Source: Schizochytrium sp. TIO01 (taxonomy: Eukaryota > Protista > Bigyra: Labyrinthulomycetes). From it: a stretch of 64,000 nt of DNA. The DNA is taken from the NCBI GenBank assembly GCA_004764695.1, contig SMSO01000032.1, forward strand, positions 5,426,483 through 5,490,482, read 5' to 3'. A program made the translations under genes and the position numbers. The notes below the pieces were generated by a model that saw nothing but the letters and a program-made list of their open reading frames with translations, did not search any database and was not told the origin of the DNA. Of this stretch, positions 49,448 to 60,719 are shown piece after piece (position 1 is the stretch's first letter; each line of letters starts with the position of its first letter).

Positions 49448-51247
49448 CTACAGTTGACGATAACGACGCCGGGCATCAGGTTTGGCGGAAAGTACAGACA
49501 TGTTGACCCCACAATCGCTGGAAGGAATCCACAAATCATCTAAATGCTCAAGCACGGGTACTTGATACCCCAGTTGACGAATAGTTTCCAGCACCTTCTC
49601 GCGCACGAGACTTCCTTTATTCACGCTTGTGCGCTCAAGAGCACTGAATTTCCTACCACAAAATGAGGCATTATGCTTAGCAAAATTTTGCGCTTGCTCC
49701 TGGAGCGTCGCGTAGGGCGTCTCCCACCCTGCATGGTCAAGTTTAATAAAATCAATGATTCGCTGTAAACACTTTTCATTCCCTGTATTGACGAGATCCT
49801 CAATTCGAGTGACGAGATATTGGTTAGCCTGGAGGTTCCTTGTAAGCCATTCAACAGCCTCCAAATTGTACCGAGCATCAAATTCGAGACGGTTTCTGAT
49901 ACCTCCATTGCACTGGCGCAAATCCTGTAGGCTGTCATAAAAATATCGACATAAGTCGCGATAGAACTTGGGAAAAGTACCTGCCGCAAGGTCTCGAGGG
50001 TCACGTAGCAGGTGAATGTAGCGAAGCTGGTGTCCAAAGATTGTTTTCATGAATGGGAGGAACAAAGTTGAACGTGGCTGCTTTAAGGAGATGAATGGAG
50101 CGTCATTGGAACTTAGTCTAAGCTGCTCCAGCATAATTCTGAGGGTAATTTGCAACCCTGAGTACCAAATAGTCCTGTTTTCCCCTGAAAATTCGTCAAA
50201 GTTCATAGCAAAAACGCCGGGCTCCCCCATGATGCCTGTATAGATATCGCCAGCTTTTGTTCGTGAGGTGTTAACAACAGAACATGAGTCTAAAGTATAG
50301 TACTTCATAAAGGCTACTGAATCTCGGGAATATGTTCGCTTGCCGAAGCTGACGTTGAAAGCCTCCAAGAAATCTACAAGAGAGCGCGTGCCAGAGTCTC
50401 CAATTCCACCGATAATCAACGGAATACCTGTTTTACGTTTCTCTAGCTGTTTGTGGAGTCTGAATGCCAAATTTAGTATGGTATCTTTGCATGGAAGTGT
50501 GCCATTATAAGCCACAATTGACTCTCGAAATGTGTTGTAGTTTTCCCAAATGACATTCTTTCCCGCGACTCCCTTGCCACTTTCGCGCTTTGAATTCTTT
50601 CTCCTTGTCTTTGGTGGCTTTGGCTTTGTCGGCCTTGGCTGAGGTGTAAGTGCCACCGCAATATCATCCTTGGAAATACTATTGTATGAATTGTTTGAGT
50701 AGTCGTCATTGTTGGTGTTTGCCAAAGACGTCTTATTAGAATTCTCATTACTGCCGTACTGGTCCTCTCTCCCAATCTGATTGATAGTATTGGAATCTCC
50801 AATATCATTATTTGCGCCAGAACTTAAATCAGGATCAGACTCAACTAGATCAGAATTCGATGATAACGAACTCGATGGAGGATCAACCCTGCCATCATCC
50901 AAATTAGACTGATCTTGCTCTTGCTCTTGCTCTTGCTTGCCATAATCTTTTCCACTTTGCCCAAAAGATTGCTCTGAATTTGGCACATTTATAGGGGAGT
51001 TTTCGACCTCTGTTTTGAGTGTCAGGAGGTTGTTACCACTGTCTTTGTTGGCGGCACCGAGAGCTTTGACAGAGCCATCAAAGCGAACGTAGTTTAGGAA
51101 CGGCAGAACGGCTTCACTTTGTGCCCCAAACCATAATACAATAAAGATGACGATTCCTAACACAAAAGCCGAAAGCGCCAGGGCTCTGTTGTGGCGGCTC
51201 ATGGGTAGCGACTGGGGACTGCCCTGTGCCTCCAGTCTCTTCGCCAT
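49448..51247 (-). CDS. Type II membrane (Golgi-type) sulfotransferase, 599 aa
   Basis: An N-terminal TM helix (LALSAFVLGIVIFIVLWFGA) is followed by an N/S/D-rich stem. It has a 5'-PSB-like loop (IIGGIGDSGTR), K-x-P, a 3'-PB motif (YIHLLRDPRD) and TRIEDLV. Confidence 0.85.
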   Translation of the reverse strand: MAKRLEAQGSPQSLPMSRHNRALALSAFVLGIVIFIVLWFGAQSEAVLPFLNYVRFDGSVKALGAANKDSGNNLLTLKTEVENSPINVPNSEQSFGQSGKDYGKQEQEQEQDQSNLDDGRVDPPSSSLSSNSDLVESDPDLSSGANNDIGDSNTINQIGREDQYGSNENSNKTSLANTNNDDYSNNSYNSISKDDIAVALTPQPRPTKPKPPKTRRKNSKRESGKGVAGKNVIWENYNTFRESIVAYNGTLPCKDTILNLAFRLHKQLEKRKTGIPLIIGGIGDSGTRSLVDFLEAFNVSFGKRTYSRDSVAFMKYYTLDSCSVVNTSRTKAGDIYTGIMGEPGVFAMNFDEFSGENRTIWYSGLQITLRIMLEQLRLSSNDAPFISLKQPRSTLFLPFMKTIFGHQLRYIHLLRDPRDLAAGTFPKFYRDLCRYFYDSLQDLRQCNGGIRNRLEFDARYNLEAVEWLTRNLQANQYLVTRIEDLVNTGNEKCLQRIIDFIKLDHAGWETPYATLQEQAQNFAKHNASFCGRKFSALERTSVNKGSLVREKVLETIRQLGYQVPVLEHLDDLWIPSSDCGVNMSVLSAKPDARRRYRQL

Positions 51248-52180
51248 CGACTTCTGACAAGCAGAGCTCCGGCCTACAAACGAGGCCTCGGCAGTGTGAG
51301 CTGGAAGGATTTGTTGCGCTCCACGCTCCCCGCGGAAGCCCTGGGCAACGTTTCCCCGCGGCTGTTGGGCAGTTTGGTTTTGGTTTTGGCGTTGCTGTTT
51401 TGTATGTACCCTTTTTCTTTCTTACCCGGTTATTCTGTGTCAACTTTCTTATTGTGTAATAAAATGTAATTTATTATAAAAAAAATAAAAAAATATATAT
51501 ATAGTAACTAAACTAGCACGCATCTCAATCAAAAGAAAACCACGCAGGCTCAGAAGCAAGGCAATCAAGCCCAAGAAAGCGATGTAAACTCGATTGATAC
51601 GGTCCAACTTAAGAAGCCAGGGTATGTTCTGCATTGCATATCGTGATTAAATCCGAACGAGTGTGATCAAGGCACGCGTACTTTTTTGTTTTTCTCGCAT
51701 CAAGTTTCCAATTCATTTTTCGTTTTCTTCTTCTTCTTCACCCTCTGCGCTATCTCATGAATGTTGTTGTTATCATTAGTCTAAAGCCTGAAGCTTCAAA
51801 CGAATCGTCTGCCCATTAGAACTAACTGCCTACTGGAGCGCAACATTTTCCATAAAGCTGACTACTATTCCTCCCACTTCTTCTTCTTTCTTTTGCTCTC
51901 TTCACTGCTGTTCTGGCGCTTCGAAGTTTCCGCCAAAAAACGTCGGAGCGTTTTTAACTACTGCGAGCTGGCACGCCCGCCGCGTACGTTGTCTGAAAAG
52001 GGCTCCCAGCCTGCACCAGGCACGACGATGCTGCTCTCCAGAACACTGAATTGCCGGTTCGAGCCCTCGTGAGACCTAAAGCTCCAAAGAAGACGCGACG
52101 AACCCAAACAAAACAACCACAGCGAATCAGCCAAAAGAATGGTATTCAATGAATTACCCATTCGCGCCTAACGCCTTATT

Positions 52181-52211
<31 letters not shown>

Positions 52212-52844
52212 GTTAAAATCAAAATTAAAATTAAAATTAAGATTAAAATACCAAAAATTGATTAACAAAGTTCCTCATTGAGGGTGATTATTCTCAACAA
52301 TAATAAGAATATCAATCAATCAAATTTATTTATTTATTGATGCAGCATAGTAACTTATGTACCATAACTTACTTTAAAAGAAAGGTCATCCATCAATCCT
52401 CAAAGATCATCGTCGTCGCTGCTTTCAATGAGCTAGCTCGTCGAGAGCGTGGACCTGTCCGCACGCAGCGCTGTTTAAGACAGGAGGCTCTGAAGATCTT
52501 TCGGGCGGGGCCAAGGTGGGTTGAAGACCTTCGGCCTCCATAAAGTCGCCTCGCGAAGAGAAGTCGTCGTCGTCGTCGATTCGCGATCATGATTCGATGG
52601 CGGTCCACAATGAAAAGGGAGACCCGGGTGGAACAGCGATTCAGGCGGGAACCGGCTACAATCCACGATCGCAAGAACCATCGCGAGAAGAGGGAAGGCG
52701 GCCTTGGGGACCATGAACTTCGCCGGGAACGCGAGGGCAGCCCTGGCTAAGTCGGGAGAGGACCAGGGCCCTCGCCCTCCAGCCAGCTAGCTAGCTAGCT
52801 GTCGAGCTGCGTGAGCTCATGGAGAACATGGGTGCCGATGATCT

Positions 52845-53535
52845 TTGACAAGGAAGGCCTCGCTCCTTGACCTCGGCGACGCTTTCAAGACGACTCGAGC
52901 GCATGGCATTGACACTGACAGCCTGCGCGGGATGGTGCAGGAGGGTGTCCTCGAAGAAGGGTCATGCACAGAGCGACGAAACCCCCTTCCGCGTACCGAA
53001 GAGTCAGAATCCCCTCGCTCGATGTCTGCGTACCAGGTAGTCGAGCAGCTGTTTCATGGAATGGAGCGCACTACACTTGGAATAATACACTCCGTTGAGC
53101 ACACGCGTGGTCGACGGTTTCTACTCGGAAGAGAGGGCAACATGCTCAAGGCGGCTGCAGCTGGTCTCGCGTGTTTCTGCTGCGAGGAAGGACTTCGCTG
53201 ATGCGCTTGAAGCAGGGAAGCAAAGGCGCGAGTCTTCTCAATTCGCTGCTCACGAGACTTGGTTGCAATGCCCTCGTTTCCGCAAATGGCCCTGACACAC
53301 GGTGTCTGGTAATATATGGTAATTTATGGAGGTCTCTGCACCGTGGAGGTATAAATGGCACAATCTAAAGTTGAAAGGCGCTTGCTTACAAGTCGTGGAA
53401 ATTTGCAGAACATGCCGGCCTTTAGAAAAGCAGTTCGGAAAGACCACCTCGGCGATCCTATGGACCATCATGCTTGCGAAGGAAGCCAACTCTTTCGCAA
53501 AATATGCTCTCGCAGGACAAGACATTCTCGATTAG
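52845..53535 (+). pseudogene. Decayed fragments, possibly of an F-box/ankyrin-like gene
   Basis: An SLLDLGD start and SAYQVVEQLF and KAAAAGLACF segments are followed by stops and frameshifts. The family assignment rests on loose motif resemblance only. Confidence 0.25.
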
Positions 53536-53848
53536 TTAAAATAGAACGAACATATTTCTATTTTTTAATTCTGAAAATTGGCAAAATAACAGGAACTGTA
53601 AAAGAAAAAGAAAGAAAGAAAAAAGGAAAGAAAAAAGGAAAGAAAAAGGAAGGAAGGGAAAGCATGTTTAGTCGAAAGGGCGATACGAGCAAGGGAACAA
53701 ACATGCCTAGGTCCGATAATTGAGAACACACATTCACACACCCAAGTAATATGGACGGACAACGTTCATGAGGTCAGGGCTTCTCAAGCTAGAGTGATAT
53801 CACCTAACCTGCCGATATAACCAGGCATCTCCACCTGCGTGATATCAG

Positions 53849-55760
53849 TCACATAATTCCGCTCAGAGTGTTGAGCATCGCGATCTGCTTCACGAGCACT
53901 GAGTCGAAGAAGTGTGAAATACGATCTTGAAGGACGTTGGAAGTATCATTTTCACGAATGACTATCGTTATCACCGTCAGAAGATCATTCGGAATCATTG
54001 TTTCAATGCTGCCCATTATTGTGCGAATATTGGAAAAGGGAGACATTCCATCAACATCCGGTGCAGCAGAACGACGGTTGGCCACAAAAAATGCAAGGCC
54101 AGACAATTTAAGGCCTAGATCTTCAATTTCCACATCGTAGAAAGAATCGGAGTTTTCCACTCGAAAGAGTAACACGTTCTTTTCAAGACAACCCTCAGCA
54201 CTAATTGGTATCATGGGAGGTCAGGACTCTTCACGTTTGGATCCATAGGGTAACCACAGTTATGTCGAGGTCAAATCATGTACAAGAAGGTGGATCGGTT
54301 CCTTCTACTTCGCAGTTCCAAAACTTGGACAACAAGCTGAGAGCGTAAAGCTTCGACACCTTCCACAGCTGGATGCGCATGTGAGTGTATGACCACCCAC
54401 CACACCAACAATCTCGTGAGGTGCAGAAATCAGCAGGGGAGGCATCTTGACCAAATGACCGGTGTAACTAGATATCTGGTAAAGTCCTGCATTGACACCT
54501 AAGCTGATCGTAAGTGGATTCAAGCGAACAAATCCCTGAATCGTATTGATACTCCCCAAAGGCGATTTTAGATATATCTTTGTTTCAGTTATTGTAAGGT
54601 GTAGAAGCATTCTCTTCAATATCTCCAATGCCTCTTCGCAGTATGGAAACCATTTGGATGGTTTTTAATGACGGGATCCACACGTAATTAAAGCAACTGA
54701 GGACATGCACGTATCAAGAGAAAAGTAAGTAGATACATCCTCCACTACCGCCTCGCGAACAATTTGCATCTCCTCAAAACGCTCACTTGCGTCAAGAAGA
54801 ACCAACCTTTCTTGTATAGATAGATAACTTTAGTGCGAACTCATAAAAACAAGGATTTCCATCAATATCATTCAGGGAAGCGCGTAGATTCAGTCATTCC
54901 TGAATACAAAGGCGATCGTTCACCGTGCCCAGCGATGACTCAGACGAGTCGAGATGACGAGCAGCACGGATAAGAATATGCATGTAAAAACTGCCTCCGA
55001 ATCGAGTCATAACATCAGGATAGTTACGCACAGCATGAAGTAACTGGACCATCGCATTTGGGATAGCATTTGTAACCGTAGTTTTTTAAGTAACGACCAG
55101 CAAAGATGGACATAGGCCTGTCAGGTGACACAGAGATTGTCTTACCAGTGATCTCTTCCTAAGAAGTGGTGTATCTTTACTTCGTCTGACGTAGAATCCG
55201 GTTCTATACCTTCAAATAAAGAAGCGATGCTAGTAACCCAAATGGATTATGTGTTCTTGAGATGAGGCAATCGAACGATTGCAATCGAAACATTGCTTCT
55301 TTTACCGACTCATCCATCTTGTCAAAGTTTGCCTTCGGTCTGTTTGTTGGAGATATCCAACGAATGTCATACTTTGGTTCGCCAACTAGTCCTATTATAT
55401 CTCCTGTCAAGGTCTGAAAATTGTCCTTGGCGAGCGGGTATCGATCTTTCCAACCTAGATCAAACCAGCACAACTTTTGACTTGCGTGACCGAATGATGG
55501 AGGGACAGGGGGAAGAGGCAAATAGATTCATGGACACCGGCCACGGCCCCGGCCATCGCAATATTAAAAAAATGCATTCTGCAATTGAGTGCCTGTAAGG
55601 TGTCAAATTTTCGCTGCAACGAGAAGGTGTTGAGATCGAAAGGCTTATTCAGGCCTTTAGCACGGATGTTCCCGATATACCCAGGAGGTCTTTAGCTCGT
55701 TTCCAGTAAGTTCATGGACTATCTTCATTGCAAGTTATTCGCGATGATGAATGCTCTGTA
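53849..55760 (-). pseudogene. Long multiply disrupted gene, possibly Crinkler/RHS-type (NTPase plus restriction-endonuclease fold)
   Basis: Collinear minus-strand protein-like pieces (55204-55521, ~54630-55080, 54305-54628, 53849-54214) are separated by stops and frameshifts. FFVANRRSAAPDV resembles the N-x-x-x-A-x-x-D motif of CR-REase domains. Confidence 0.4.
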
Positions 55761-56659
55761 TTTATACGCCTCTCAGCCAATGTTAGGAGAAGGGCGCATA
55801 GAGAATTTACAGCACTTTTGCGCAATCAGGGCATCCTTTTTATTTTATATTGGACGTCTTAGCGATGGAGATCCTAATTGCCAGGACGATGAATGCGATC
55901 CCTTCTTTAAATCTCAGCACGAGCAGTACATCGGTTACGCAATTAGGTTATGAAACGATATGTTGCAGTTACAATGTGGGACGAGCTATCCAACCCCATG
56001 CGGTTTTTGTTTCTTGAGGAATCGTATCGAGCTTGTTTTAGCCCTTCTATTGCATTGTGAGCACAGAAGACTTGTACTTCACTGGTGAGGAGATTCGCTC
56101 GGGCAACCTGGGTCATGTGACCTAGAACGATATGCCGAGACCAGTCTGTTCAAGTCGATTTTTTTGATTTATTTTTTAAAACAATTTTAATACCTATGTA
56201 GACCTACTTCGGATGGTTTCTCAGCTGCTCGATACCGCCGGTTGCAACGCATTGTCTTGTTCTAGGCTAGAGCGTCATATTGCATGTTTACCTTCGAGAA
56301 CTCTGCGGGTACAGTCTGGCTGACTGTGTCAGCCTCAATATTGTCCATGAAGTAATCGGAGTTTTACTTTAACATGACGTTCTCAGAACATGTCTTATGA
56401 GCATGATAGCATATGATTTACACCTCTCTCCAGCAATGCGATGGCAAAGAGGTCCGAGAAAGCGCTACGCTCAGAAAGCGATGGTACAACGAATGGCAGA
56501 ACGACGAAGTTGTGAGTGCTTATGGATCTGGGTTTCCTCGTATTACGACTCTCTGTTCACCACCATGATTGCTGTTCACGGTCTCACCTCAGCGCAGCAA
56601 CTCGCAAGCAAAGTAGACCAAGTGAAATTCCTGTGTGACTCTTGCTTTTGTTGCTGGCA

Positions 56660-57220
56660 GTGTTCACGGTTTTACATCTTGCCACGTCATCCCTAGCAGA
56701 CATCTCCCGTTCGCTTGCATGGGCTCATCATCATCGATGAGTGCTTTGTCACCATCTAGCAGGTCAAAGTGCTGGCAGCGGTGTCGAGATGTGCTTTCTG
56801 TGCTGTACAAGACCAACCAATCGCACAAAGCAAATTGCAAGATCATAATCTAAAATAAGCATCTCTAACTAAAGCAGTAACTAGTGATTGCTCTGCACCT
56901 GAAAAAGTCCCGTGGCAACTGCTGATGACTTGCCAAATCTCCCGATCGAGCTCCTTGCGAACTCCAAAGCAAAGCCTAAGAAGATGCGATTGTTGTATAT
57001 ACATACACGCATCACATAGTTGAATTAAGGTTAGGCATCCAAGTTTCACATTGTGCTGCAATGGCATATTTTAGACACTCTCATAATGTAGTTCATCGTC
57101 ACAGTGTCATTGGACGCACTTCGCTCTCCCACATACATTCTAAAGCGTCCATAACTGCACAAACACAGCGGTAACTGCATCCTCCAAAGCCCTCTTCAAC
57201 CTCACGTCAATGCAAGAATA
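56660..57220 (-). pseudogene. Decayed ankyrin-repeat-like fragments
   Basis: ECLKYAIAAQCETW (~57039-57080), DALECMWESEVRP and ILQFAL resemble the LECLKYAHENGCPW-type ankyrin variant. There is no intact ORF. Confidence 0.3.
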
Positions 57221-58540
57221 GCAATAGTAGTGAGTTCACGAAAGTTTATACAAGTTCAAGTTGGTTTTCACCTCCTGCTGAGGCGTCATATATCAATACA
57301 TACGCTTAGAAGCGCATTTCTTACGACTCTTAGTGTTTAGGACAGTAGGCCTAGGACCCGCGAATTCACCAACCGAGTCCGATGTGACCACCAATAAACC
57401 CCCTGGAACTGCCTACAAGTAACATGGATTTCACATATCGCGTATACTATATTCATAATAATCTGTATTTATCTGTACTATGCAATTAATGTTCTGTTCC
57501 CAAATGCGAGCTTTGGGACTGTAGTGGAGAAAAGCAGAGGAAAACAAGGAATGGGAACTTGCTAGGAAATGAGAAAAGTTAAAATCGAAGAAGGGTTAGT
57601 CACTGCTATGTGAGCGCCTAGCAAGCAAAAATGTTTAAAGCCTTATGGGTAGCAGCACATAGCACTAGGATACGTACGGGTACCTCTAAGGAAATGAAGG
57701 AAATGAAGAGTCGAAGAAACGTGGGGAAAGTATGAATGAATATGGGAAATGAATGAGTGAATGAGTGAATGAATGAATGAAGGAATGAATGTGATCAAAG
57801 TCGGCAGCAAATCCCAATCAAATTGGCGGAGAAAGGTCTCGAGCAAACCAGGTACGTTTGGGACGTTTGGGACGGGAGGAGAGAGGGAATGCACACGGTT
57901 CTTGTGCTGATCAGCGTTCGTAGACCCTGGGATTCACGAAAGCTGCCGGTGCTGGTCTTGGTTTCTTTCTTTCATCGATGGTGCACGCTGAGGTCTAGTT
58001 CATGGTGCTTTTTTGTTATGTTGGTTTTGTTGTTTCTGAAGGACGTATAATATGGGCGTAACACCAGCGTCTCAAGAATTACACGAGGCGATGGAAGAGG
58101 GAGCGGAGACTCGATTATATTTAAGCGCACGTGAAAGGAACTCGGACCGGGGTCTCGCCATGTTGTTGTTTTCATAAGCATTGCATACATTGATAATAAG
58201 GAGGTAGGTAGGCCTACCATGAAGCTCTAATCAACTGAAAGCAAGATGGCCCATCAACAGAGACCGCACACAAAAGAAAAACAATGTAGGGCACACTGGG
58301 GCGGCGAGGTGGCGAATATACATACGAGGGGCATCATGTACTCCTGGGGACGTTCAGTATGTATGATCGAGACACGTAAAAGCATGAAAACTGACGGTAA
58401 ATTACTGTTGTTTGGGTTTTATTTATTTATTTATTTATTTATTTATTGAATTCATGAATGAATGGAATTACTTGCGGACGGATAGAAAGTCACACGAGTA
58501 AGTGCTTCATTCAAACATAAGGACAAACATCGAGGTCAAC

Positions 58541-58960
58541 ATGGCACGAACGAAGCAGACTGCTCATAAGTGGGTTGGCGCAAAAGCCCCTCGGATGCAA
58601 ACTATGCTTGTAAGTCCCCTCAAACACAACCTTGAGGGAGGTGTGCGAAAGGACGAAGAATACTACTGTGGCAACAATGTAGTCGTGTGCAGTGATAGCC
58701 ATAGCGCAATGTCTTCAGACTTTTTGATTCGCAGACGCGCCTTCAAACGCATTATCCGCGTGCTTATGGAACGCTACACCCATGATGAGGACATGAAATT
58801 CCAAGGAAATGCCGTTTTGGCTATTCAAGAAGCCACAGAAGACTACCTCATCGGTCTTTTTGAAGATGCAAATTTGTGTGCTCTCGCAGACAAGCGCGAA
58901 ACAATTCAACCCAAAGATATTCAGCTGGCACGTCGCATCCGTGGGGACCCTTGCTGGTAA
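58541..58960 (+). CDS. Highly divergent histone H3 variant, 139 aa
   Basis: The ORF is intact. It starts MARTKQTA.K..G.KAPR, contains GGVRK, and has a histone fold LIRRRAFKRIIR...FQGNAVLAIQEATEDYLIGLFEDANLCA...KRETIQPKDIQLARRIRG. Confidence 0.92.
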   Translation: MARTKQTAHKWVGAKAPRMQTMLVSPLKHNLEGGVRKDEEYYCGNNVVVCSDSHSAMSSDFLIRRRAFKRIIRVLMERYTHDEDMKFQGNAVLAIQEATEDYLIGLFEDANLCALADKRETIQPKDIQLARRIRGDPCW

Positions 58961-60719
58961 TGCTGGTGACGGTAGCCTTAGATGTTCTGCTATGTGCCAT
59001 GGAAACGATACTAAATGTACAAAAGTCTGATTTGGGTTCCTGCTGAGGTATTCTGCACCATCCACCGCAACCACCTCATCATATAGATAACGCTTAGCTA
59101 CTTGACTGTCTAGCGTCGAACATCGTAGCCTCTTTAGCTCCTTCTTTGCTAATGTAAAATGTCATATTTGGCTGCAATTAAACATTAGCCAGACCCAATT
59201 ATTGTCAAATCAAAGAAAAAATTATCGTACCGAAACCTCAATAATTATCTCTGAGTCATTTTAAGCTTTGATCAGCACGTAGTATTTGAGTTTTCTTTCT
59301 TTAAAAAGCAGAAGAAACACTTTCAATTATTTTGTTTCAAATTCGAAAGACATATTGCTGAGCTCTACTGTAACAGAAAAAGGAATCTTATTCGTGGAGT
59401 TTTAATGCAGGGTATTCATTTATTGTACTAAGAATTTGTGTTACATCAAATGTGACACAAATGCTTATCTCGAATTCAAAAAACAAAATCTTACTATAAT
59501 ATTACGCATCGGGGCCATGGGGTGTCTTAAATCTTGTCTCAAATCAATTATTTGATTTCAAAATGCATCATTCCTTCAAATGAACATGCATTATTTTCTG
59601 CTTTGGATTATGAGACTATCATAGTAGTGAAAGACAACACGCAACAGTACACAATGACAATTTTGTTCATGTTTATTTAGTGTAAACATACTGCAAGACT
59701 GTCTCTTAATGCTTAATCTTTTTACAAAATTACTGCATCTTTGGCAAACTAAAGACTTTGCGACTTAACTTTTCCCATTCTCCCCTTTGAAAAAACGTCG
59801 GAAAAGAAGAAAAAACTCATTCAAACTTTAAGATGTAAGCAACATTAACAGCTTCACAAGATCCCACAAGTCTTATCACAGTTCCAAGTCAGTCCGGGTT
59901 CAGGAAACTCGACCAGAGTGAGGGGTAGAGTAAGTCAATTACCTACGACCGATTAGATGGACTTTCAAGTTCCCATATTATGATATGTGAGGTGTTTCTA
60001 AAACCAGACTCAAATGATTCTTCCAAATAATCAAACGTATATAATACCCCTATTACCAGATTTCTATGCCTGTGTCAAATCTCCGTTGAAAGGAATACCA
60101 TGGCACTGCAGGAATAGTACAAAGCATTCATCGTCACACGAAAAGACATGCTGCTTGATACACCAAATAAGCTCCACCAGAGGGAACTGGCAATAGGAAG
60201 TGAATGCCGATGAAAACGGCTATCGCACACTGCCAACTTAACCCAGCATCTATAATCTTGGTAGCAGAATCATTTATGATATTCCAGAATTGCTTATCTT
60301 ACAAATTATAAGCCTTTAGGATCTATAAGAAGGCAAACGAAGATCAAGTTGATGAAGTTTCGATTAGCGCATGATCTTCTTTTCTCCTTTCTCCTGTTTC
60401 CTTTTTTTGTTTTATTATTATTGTTCTAGTTTAAAGAAGAAGAAATGGCTTAGGCCCTCTGGAGTCTTTTGAGAGCTCTAAGATATGATCAAGAAAAAAT
60501 CCTTAAAATCGTTTCAAACAACTAATTTTTGTATTGAGTTAATGCGCGCAGGTAATAGTTAAAGCCTTAAAATATTGCAAACTGTGAATCAACGTTAGGA
60601 AGTATTGCAAATCTGTTGCGACGCTCACACAAAGAGTTGCCAAGTGGTCTAGTAACCTCGTGGTTGCATAATGCTTCGATTTGAGACTCCCGCCCCTTGC
60701 CAAGTGAGCACTCTACATT

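Noticed and set aside
58610-58718. GTAAGT inside the H3 variant as a possible intron explaining the divergent tail/alphaN region
   Set aside because: No downstream AG at a plausible distance restores the frame and there is no CTRAC branch site. The segment also still aligns to H3 (K27, GGVRK, Y41, G44) at the canonical length.
60637-60706. tRNA/SINE-like stretch (TTGCCAAGTGGTCTAG A-box-like; TTGCCAAGTG repeated)
   Set aside because: There is no proper B-box (GTTCRANNC) and I could not fold a cloverleaf.
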